Of a DNA stretch of 64,000 nt, positions 58,995-64,000 are shown one piece after another. The stretch comes from Candidatus Woesearchaeota archaeon (GTDB lineage Archaea > Nanobdellota > Nanobdellia > Woesearchaeales > GW2011-AR4). The stretch spans positions 127,818-191,817 of the forward strand of contig JACPJQ010000007.1 of assembly GCA_016187465.1 (NCBI GenBank), read 5' to 3'. A model generated the notes under the pieces. That model searched no databases, had not been told where the DNA came from, and saw only the letters and a program-made list of their open reading frames with translations. How positions within the stretch are numbered: the stretch's first letter is position 1; each line of letters opens with the position of its first letter. The translations under genes and the position numbers were made by a program.

Positions 58995-59384
58995 TTAATA
59001 GCAATAAGCCAAAAGCCTTCCGCCCATTTTTTTTGATTTGGCATCGTAATGGGTCATAATTCCCATCGGCGTTGAAACAAAAAGTATGCCCAAGTCCTTG
59101 GCCGGCAGATACCTTCCCTCAAATTTTTCAAAATCCGCATTTTTGACAGCGTATCTTGGCTTTATGACGCCGCATTTGTTTATGCTCCCAATAAGATTGA
59201 GCAGTATGTAGTTGCCTCTGCTGTCCTCCACTTCCCTAAAATCGCCTATATACCCGTTTTCTTTCATTACCCTCAGCAGCTCCTTGATTACCTTAGAGAC
59301 GGGCTTTATCAAACATTCTGATTTGCCAATCGCTTCGTTGTTCAGCATCAAAGACATCATATTTGCCAATGGATCATTTAACAT
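58995..59384 (-). CDS. rps8: 30S ribosomal protein uS8
   Basis: DPLAN, INKCGVIKPR, STPMGIMTH, GGRLLAY. Confidence 0.95.
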   Translation of the reverse strand: MLNDPLANMMSLMLNNEAIGKSECLIKPVSKVIKELLRVMKENGYIGDFREVEDSRGNYILLNLIGSINKCGVIKPRYAVKNADFEKFEGRYLPAKDLGILFVSTPMGIMTHYDAKSKKMGGRLLAYCY

Positions 59385-59392
59385 CTTTCACC

Positions 59393-59623
59393 TTAACTGT
59401 ATTTTTTGAACCCCATGCTTGTTGCAATTTCCCTGAAGCACGTCCTGCAAAGCCTTAAGCCGTATTTGCTTATGTAGCCCCCGGGCCTGCCGCATCTCCT
59501 GCATTTTTTTGTTGCCCTGCCGTGTTTTCTCTGCTTTGGCGCGTTATGCTTTATGTATTTCTGCATCTTGGCAGGCTTGCTTTTCAGCTGCTTGAATACC
59601 TTTCTGTAATCGCTGTAGGTCAT
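59393..59623 (-). CDS. rps14: 30S ribosomal protein uS14
   Basis: [17 protein letters not shown]. Confidence 0.93.
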   Translation of the reverse strand: MTYSDYRKVFKQLKSKPAKMQKYIKHNAPKQRKHGRATKKCRRCGRPGGYISKYGLRLCRTCFREIATSMGFKKYS

Positions 59624-59625
59624 TC

Positions 59626-60138
59626 TTATTCTTCCCCAATCCTTATGCTGAAATTTTTGCTCATGAAGTCTATAGCCTCCTGCTTTGATATGCGGTGCCT
59701 TGCCGGTATTTTTCTCATCAGCAGCCTTCTTTTTTTAATCCTGAATCCGGGCCTCTCTAGGGTTACGCAAACCTCAAGCCCCATTATGCCGATTTTTGGA
59801 TCGTATTTAACTCCCGGAATGTCTATGTATTCCCGAATTCCAAAAGCTATATTTCCGTTGTCGTCGAACTGCTTTTCCCTTAGCCTCTTGTCGATCGCCT
59901 CCAGCAGCCTTGGAAGCAGCTGCACAGCCCGTCCTTTTCTTAGCGTAAGCTTGCAGCCAATCGGCAACCCAGGTCTCAGGCCCCATTCCTGTATCCTCTT
60001 GCTTGTGATTGTTTTTATCGGAGTTGCGCTGGCTATTGTGCTGAGCAAAACAAGACTTTTCTCTAGCCTTGCCTGGTCTTTACCGGCTCCGATGTTCAGC
60101 GTGACCTTCTCGATTTTGATATCCTTCATTGAGTTCAT
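59626..60138 (-). CDS. rpl5: 50S ribosomal protein uL5
   Basis: [29 protein letters not shown]. Confidence 0.95.
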   Translation of the reverse strand: MNSMKDIKIEKVTLNIGAGKDQARLEKSLVLLSTIASATPIKTITSKRIQEWGLRPGLPIGCKLTLRKGRAVQLLPRLLEAIDKRLREKQFDDNGNIAFGIREYIDIPGVKYDPKIGIMGLEVCVTLERPGFRIKKRRLLMRKIPARHRISKQEAIDFMSKNFSIRIGEE

Positions 60139-60140
60139 CT

Positions 60141-60830
60141 TTATTTTATGGTGATCAGCGGCTTATCGCTGCCTATGACGAATGCGTATTTTTTTGAGGT
60201 TTCCACCAAATTGTTGTTTTTGTCCTTGTAGATTATTTTATTTTTAGTTATATCCTCAACGTTCCCGATTTCCCCTATGTGCTTGCCGCCTGTCAAAAAG
60301 ATTGTTGATGCCTTATCCAGCTTCAGGTGCTTGCTGATCTTCTGCTCAGGCAATGACAAAAGAACTGTGTCCCCTACCGCATAGGCGCCATTATCGATTA
60401 CAATGTTCTTGCCGTCGTACAGGTTCAGCTGCAGCTTTCCCTTTACCATTGTCTTTCCGGTGATTTTGCACGGCTTGACTGATGTCTCTTCTTTTTTTAT
60501 GCTTATCAGGCTGAGCTTGCCTTTATTGTCCAATATTACCCTGAAATGCTCATTTATATCTGTGAATTCAATTGTATCAAAAAACCCAACTAAAAACCTT
60601 ATGTCCTTTCTTGCATTGCAGTCGACTTTTATGCTGGCGGTATTCAGTATTTTTTTTGCTTCCCTTGTTGTGTTTGCGTATTTCAATATTTCTTTCAGCA
60701 GCACGCCGAGAGGAATCCCGTTTTCCATGCTGTGCGGACCGGGCATGGGTTTTGTTGCGAATTTGAGTTTTTTCCTGCTGATCTGCCATATTTTAGGAGC
60801 CACCAGCCTTTTCAAGTGAGTTTTTCCCAT
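60141..60830 (-). CDS. rps4e: 30S ribosomal protein eS4
   Basis: HLKRL.AP..W, PGPH, QLNLYDG. Confidence 0.93.
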   Translation of the reverse strand: MGKTHLKRLVAPKIWQISRKKLKFATKPMPGPHSMENGIPLGVLLKEILKYANTTREAKKILNTASIKVDCNARKDIRFLVGFFDTIEFTDINEHFRVILDNKGKLSLISIKKEETSVKPCKITGKTMVKGKLQLNLYDGKNIVIDNGAYAVGDTVLLSLPEQKISKHLKLDKASTIFLTGGKHIGEIGNVEDITKNKIIYKDKNNNLVETSKKYAFVIGSDKPLITIK

Positions 60831-61208
60831 TTATTTCCTCTCCAGAATTTTCTGCCTTAATTTGTCATCTATGTTCATCTCTGTTATCATAAGATTTGAA
60901 GGGTGCAGCCCGAGCAGTTTCTTGTTTCCGTCTTTTTTTGTTATTTCCGCTCCGCTGACCAATACGCTTGTTTTCCCTATGTTGATGCTCTCAACTTTGC
61001 CTTCGTGCTTTCTGAACTTGCCGCGCATGACTTTGACCCTGTCGCCTTTCCTTAGGCCAACGCTTCTCCTGCCGTACTTCTTCCTTAGCTCCTTTGAAAG
61101 GTGGGAATGCACCAGTTTTTGCTTGATGTGGAGAGGGGCGCCTAGCCTGTACTTTCTCTGCTTCCTCGGTTTCCTGCTGCTTTTCCATTCGGTTGAAAAT
61201 CGCTTCAT
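60831..61208 (-). CDS. rpl24: 50S ribosomal protein uL24
   Basis: PRKQRK..APLH..LSKELR..KGDRVKVMRG. Confidence 0.94.
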   Translation of the reverse strand: MKRFSTEWKSSRKPRKQRKYRLGAPLHIKQKLVHSHLSKELRKKYGRRSVGLRKGDRVKVMRGKFRKHEGKVESINIGKTSVLVSGAEITKKDGNKKLLGLHPSNLMITEMNIDDKLRQKILERK

Positions 61209-61213
61209 CTTTG

Positions 61214-61615
61214 CTACACCACTATACTTGCTATCTTTGCAATGCCTGGCCATCTTTCGCATGCTTCCTTGGCAATTGCGCCCTTGAAGATTGTTCCTTT
61301 CGGATTGCCCTTGTCGTCTTTCAAAACAACTGCTGAATTATCCTCGAACTTTATCCTCATGCCGTCAGCCCTTCTGTATTCCTTCCTCTGCCTTACTATG
61401 ACGGCAAAAACAACCTGTTTTCTCATATCGGGCCTGCCCCTTACAACAGAAGCCATGACCAAATCGCCAACTCCGCAGCTCTGTATTCTTCCCTTGACAG
61501 TATTCAGGCCCCTGACCGTAAAGACCCTGATTGTTTTTGCGCCTGAATTGTCGCATGTATCAATCCTGCATCCCACTGGCAGCGCCCTTGTTACTCTGGC
61601 TTTTAGAGGCTGCAT
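61214..61615 (-). CDS. rpl14: 50S ribosomal protein uL14
   Basis: DNSGAK, RQRKEYRR, FEDNS. Confidence 0.96.
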   Translation of the reverse strand: MQPLKARVTRALPVGCRIDTCDNSGAKTIRVFTVRGLNTVKGRIQSCGVGDLVMASVVRGRPDMRKQVVFAVIVRQRKEYRRADGMRIKFEDNSAVVLKDDKGNPKGTIFKGAIAKEACERWPGIAKIASIVV

Positions 61616-62041
61616 TTATACCGCCCCGGGTTTTGGCTCTTCTTCCTTCTTTGTAACAATTTTTGCAGCTTCCCTTGCCCCCATCTTCTCCTTGAACCCT
61701 TTTTCCTCTCCCAATTTTTGTATAACCACAAAGTTCTTTGTCTTGCTCAGCGGCCTGCACTCCATGACGCTTACAATGTCTCCCTCTTTGGTGCTTATGC
61801 ATTCGGGATTGTGCACTTTCAGCTTTGTCCTTCTCTTCTCGTACCGCTCGTATTTTTTCAAAAAATTAAGCCTCTTGAATTCTATGACAGAGGTTTTTCT
61901 CATTTTTGTCGATACAACCACGCCTGTAAACTGCCTCCCCCTTACGCTTAAATTTCCGTGGAACGGGCATTTGAGGTCGCTGCATTTATTCTTCGGAGCT
62001 TCCAGTGCAATTCCAATGTTCCGTGATTCTGTCTTTTTCAT
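61616..62041 (-). CDS. rps17: 30S ribosomal protein uS17
   Basis: KCPFHG, KYERYEKR, ECRPLSKTK. Confidence 0.95.
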   Translation of the reverse strand: MKKTESRNIGIALEAPKNKCSDLKCPFHGNLSVRGRQFTGVVVSTKMRKTSVIEFKRLNFLKKYERYEKRRTKLKVHNPECISTKEGDIVSVMECRPLSKTKNFVVIQKLGEEKGFKEKMGAREAAKIVTKKEEEPKPGAV

Positions 62042-62051
62042 TTTTGCAACT

Positions 62052-62360
62052 TCACCTTATTTCTATGCTGCTTGGAGCGAAGCCGTATTTAACCAAAATG
62101 CCCCTCGCCCTCTGCTTGTGCTCGCCCTGCAGCTCAATTTTTCCTTTTTTTATAGTGCCGCCGCATGCGAGCTCTGATTTGAGCTTCCTTGCGAGATCCT
62201 TAAGGTCTATTTCTTTTTCGTCGATGCCTTCGATGATTGTGTAGTACTTGTTGAATTTCTTCCTCTCAATATACACCAAAATCTTCTGGCTTTCTTTTGC
62301 TATAGTCTCGCAAACGCACAGCTCTTTCACCAAGCCACAAGTATTGCATACTTCACTCAT
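62052..62360 (-). CDS. translation initiation factor aIF1 (SUI1)
   Basis: LACGGT..IELQGEH. Confidence 0.92.
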   Translation of the reverse strand: MSEVCNTCGLVKELCVCETIAKESQKILVYIERKKFNKYYTIIEGIDEKEIDLKDLARKLKSELACGGTIKKGKIELQGEHKQRARGILVKYGFAPSSIEIR

Positions 62361-62560
62361 TCCTTCTTAATTTCCTCCTTCTGCCTTTTTACAGTAAGTA
62401 TTTTTGCGATTGTCCTTCTTGTTTCTTTTATTTTGCCGGCATTTTTTGGTATAGTGCCTGTCGCTATTTGTGAATTTGCCTTCATCAATTCCTTCTTCAG
62501 CTCCGTTATTTTATTTTCCAAATCGCGCTCATTCATTAACTTTAGTTCCTTCGCCTTCAT
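62357..62560 (-). CDS. rpl29: 50S ribosomal protein uL29
   Basis: KELK..ELKKEL..IKETRRTIAKILT. Confidence 0.88.
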   Translation of the reverse strand: MKAKELKLMNERDLENKITELKKELMKANSQIATGTIPKNAGKIKETRRTIAKILTVKRQKEEIKKE

Positions 62561-63236
62561 TTTTCCTCTTCCTTCTTCTCTTTGGCCCTTCTTTAACAGC
62601 TTCCTGCTTAGCCTCTATTATTTCCTCCACCTTAATCTCTTTTTTATCCACCAATTCTATATCGTCCGGCAGCTTAAGATCAGGGGGCATTATGCTTACC
62701 TTAACGCCAATTATGCCTGTCTTTAACTGCGCCTGGGCATCGGCTTTTCTCACATAATTTGCAATGTCGCCGCATTTTTTCAGATATCCCGAGTAAAACC
62801 GCCATGATTTTGCTCTTGCGCTCGGCACTTTGCCGCTTATGACAATCTCTATTCCAAGCGCGCCGGACCTTAAGACGTCGGTCATTATTCTATGGCCTAT
62901 GGCTTTGAATTTTTCCGAGCCGAACCTCTCCAGGGCATCCACTATCTTCTCAACAATTATATGCGCATCAAGGTTCGGGTTTTCAACCTCGCTTATCTCT
63001 ATCTGCGGGTTTTCGAGCTCAAACCTTTTCTTTAACGTCCTTGTGAGCTGCTTTATATTCTGCCCTTTTCTTCCCACAATCAAGCCCGGCCTTGACGCAA
63101 AAATTACTATTTTTTCCCCAAGCGGGGTTTTGATCATTTTTGTGTGGCTGTGCCCCACATTTTCCAGGTTTTGGGTTATGTATTCCTCTATCTGAAACTC
63201 CTTTATTTTCTGCGCCACAAATTTTCTTTCAATCAT
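62529..63236 (-). CDS. rps3: 30S ribosomal protein uS3
   Basis: KTPLG, RPGLIVGRKG KH domain, ISGK, GIIGVKV. Confidence 0.95.
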   Translation of the reverse strand: MIERKFVAQKIKEFQIEEYITQNLENVGHSHTKMIKTPLGEKIVIFASRPGLIVGRKGQNIKQLTRTLKKRFELENPQIEISEVENPNLDAHIIVEKIVDALERFGSEKFKAIGHRIMTDVLRSGALGIEIVISGKVPSARAKSWRFYSGYLKKCGDIANYVRKADAQAQLKTGIIGVKVSIMPPDLKLPDDIELVDKKEIKVEEIIEAKQEAVKEGPKRRRKRKNEGEGTKVNE

Positions 63237-63243
63237 ATTTGAT

Positions 63244-63714
63244 TCACTTTTTTTGTTTTGATGCCTTAATTTCTTCTGTTTTTGTCTTCTCTTCAACGAC
63301 AATTTCTATATTTGTCCTCTTCATCTTTCTTCTTGATTTTCTTCCGTAATGCCACGCCTTTCCTGCCTTGTGGGCTGTTATGTGCGCTATGATCAGGTTT
63401 GATGTGTTTATGCCCTTGAACTGCGCATTCGACTCCGCGCTTTCTATTAATTTAATGAATTCTTTTGACGCGCTCATTGGGTACCTGCCGGGCCCGATGG
63501 CTTTCTTATGCCCCAAATCCCAGTTATACCGCCTGAAAGGGACAGCTGTTTTTTTGTCTATGACTCCCTGCAGCATTTTTTTTGCCTGATTAACGTTTTT
63601 GTTTTTTATGAAATTGCATATTTCAACGCTTTGCTTAAATGAAACCGGCAAAGCCATTCCGACAGCCCTTGCCATGTGCTCTTTGTTGTAATCCCTGAAT
63701 GTGTAGCCTTTCAT
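63244..63714 (-). CDS. rpl22: 50S ribosomal protein uL22
   Basis: VSFK.SVEIC, VPFRRY, GRYP, NAQFKG. Confidence 0.94.
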   Translation of the reverse strand: MKGYTFRDYNKEHMARAVGMALPVSFKQSVEICNFIKNKNVNQAKKMLQGVIDKKTAVPFRRYNWDLGHKKAIGPGRYPMSASKEFIKLIESAESNAQFKGINTSNLIIAHITAHKAGKAWHYGRKSRRKMKRTNIEIVVEEKTKTEEIKASKQKK

Positions 63715-63715
63715 T

Positions 63716-64000
63716 TTACTTCACAGACAGGCTCGCGCTTGATCTTGTAGCCCCTATTCCCGGGGCGCTGTGGGCAACTTTCCTTCTTGTCAGTGCAAAC
63801 TCGCCGAGACAATGGCCTATCATGCCCTCCTCTATCATTACAGGAACAAACTCCCTGCCCTGATGGACTTTTATTGACTTGCCAATCATCTCCGGCAAAA
63901 CCACCATGTCCCTGCAATGCGTCTCGATATTTTTTTTATTCGCCCTTAATTTCTTGAGGAGTATTTTTTGCTGCTCTGTAAATCCCCTCTTTATCGTCCT
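63716..64000 (-). CDS. rps19: 30S ribosomal protein uS19 (5' part outside window)
   Basis: THCRDMVVLPEMIG..GHCLGEFALTR..PGIGATRSS. Confidence 0.93.
   Translation of the reverse strand, partial: RTIKRGFTEQQKILLKKLRANKKNIETHCRDMVVLPEMIGKSIKVHQGREFVPVMIEEGMIGHCLGEFALTRRKVAHSAPGIGATRSSASLSVK

Noticed and set aside
1831-63917. Numerous antisense or overlapping ORFs in the track (e.g. 1831-2358, 59522-60154, 61242-62177)
   Set aside because: They are shadows of well-supported genes on the other strand or frame, with no motifs
1-64000. tRNA or rRNA genes
   Set aside because: No cloverleaf/T-loop signature or rRNA-like segment recognised in the intergenic regions

Overview
Archaeal chromosome segment. 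Archaeal-type ribosomal proteins, PAN, RFC, Pelota, TyrRS/PheRS and TTTAWATA boxes support this; the gene set and surface-protein families suggest a DPANN/Woesearchaeota-like organism (inference). From left to right: (1) an AT-rich defence patch with a DpnI-type nuclease; (2) a minus-strand peptidase operon containing a bacterial-type fatty-acyl module (adenylation-ACP-acyltransferase fusion, AcpS, MFS), followed by PAN; (3) TyrRS and a solo Cas4; (4) a 3.1 kb cargo-carrying IS6-like transposon with intact terminal inverted repeats and a 9-bp target duplication; (5) a five-gene surface cluster of paralogous lipoprotein-like proteins, including a large membrane protein ending in a lytic-transglycosylase (SLT) domain; (6) acs, TrmB, chorismate mutase, transketolase and transaldolase, and a RelBE-like pair; (7) a bacterial-type shikimate/Phe/Tyr operon continuing into pheS/pheT, with the aroD-aroE fusion frameshifted; (8) the large ribosomal protein/secY operon. 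The most striking unannotated element is a 31-codon Phe/Tyr-rich leader ORF (38695-38790) with a hairpin over its stop codon, directly upstream of the aromatic operon. It is a candidate ribosome-coupled attenuator in an archaeon. All calls come from reading motifs by eye; no database searches were run.
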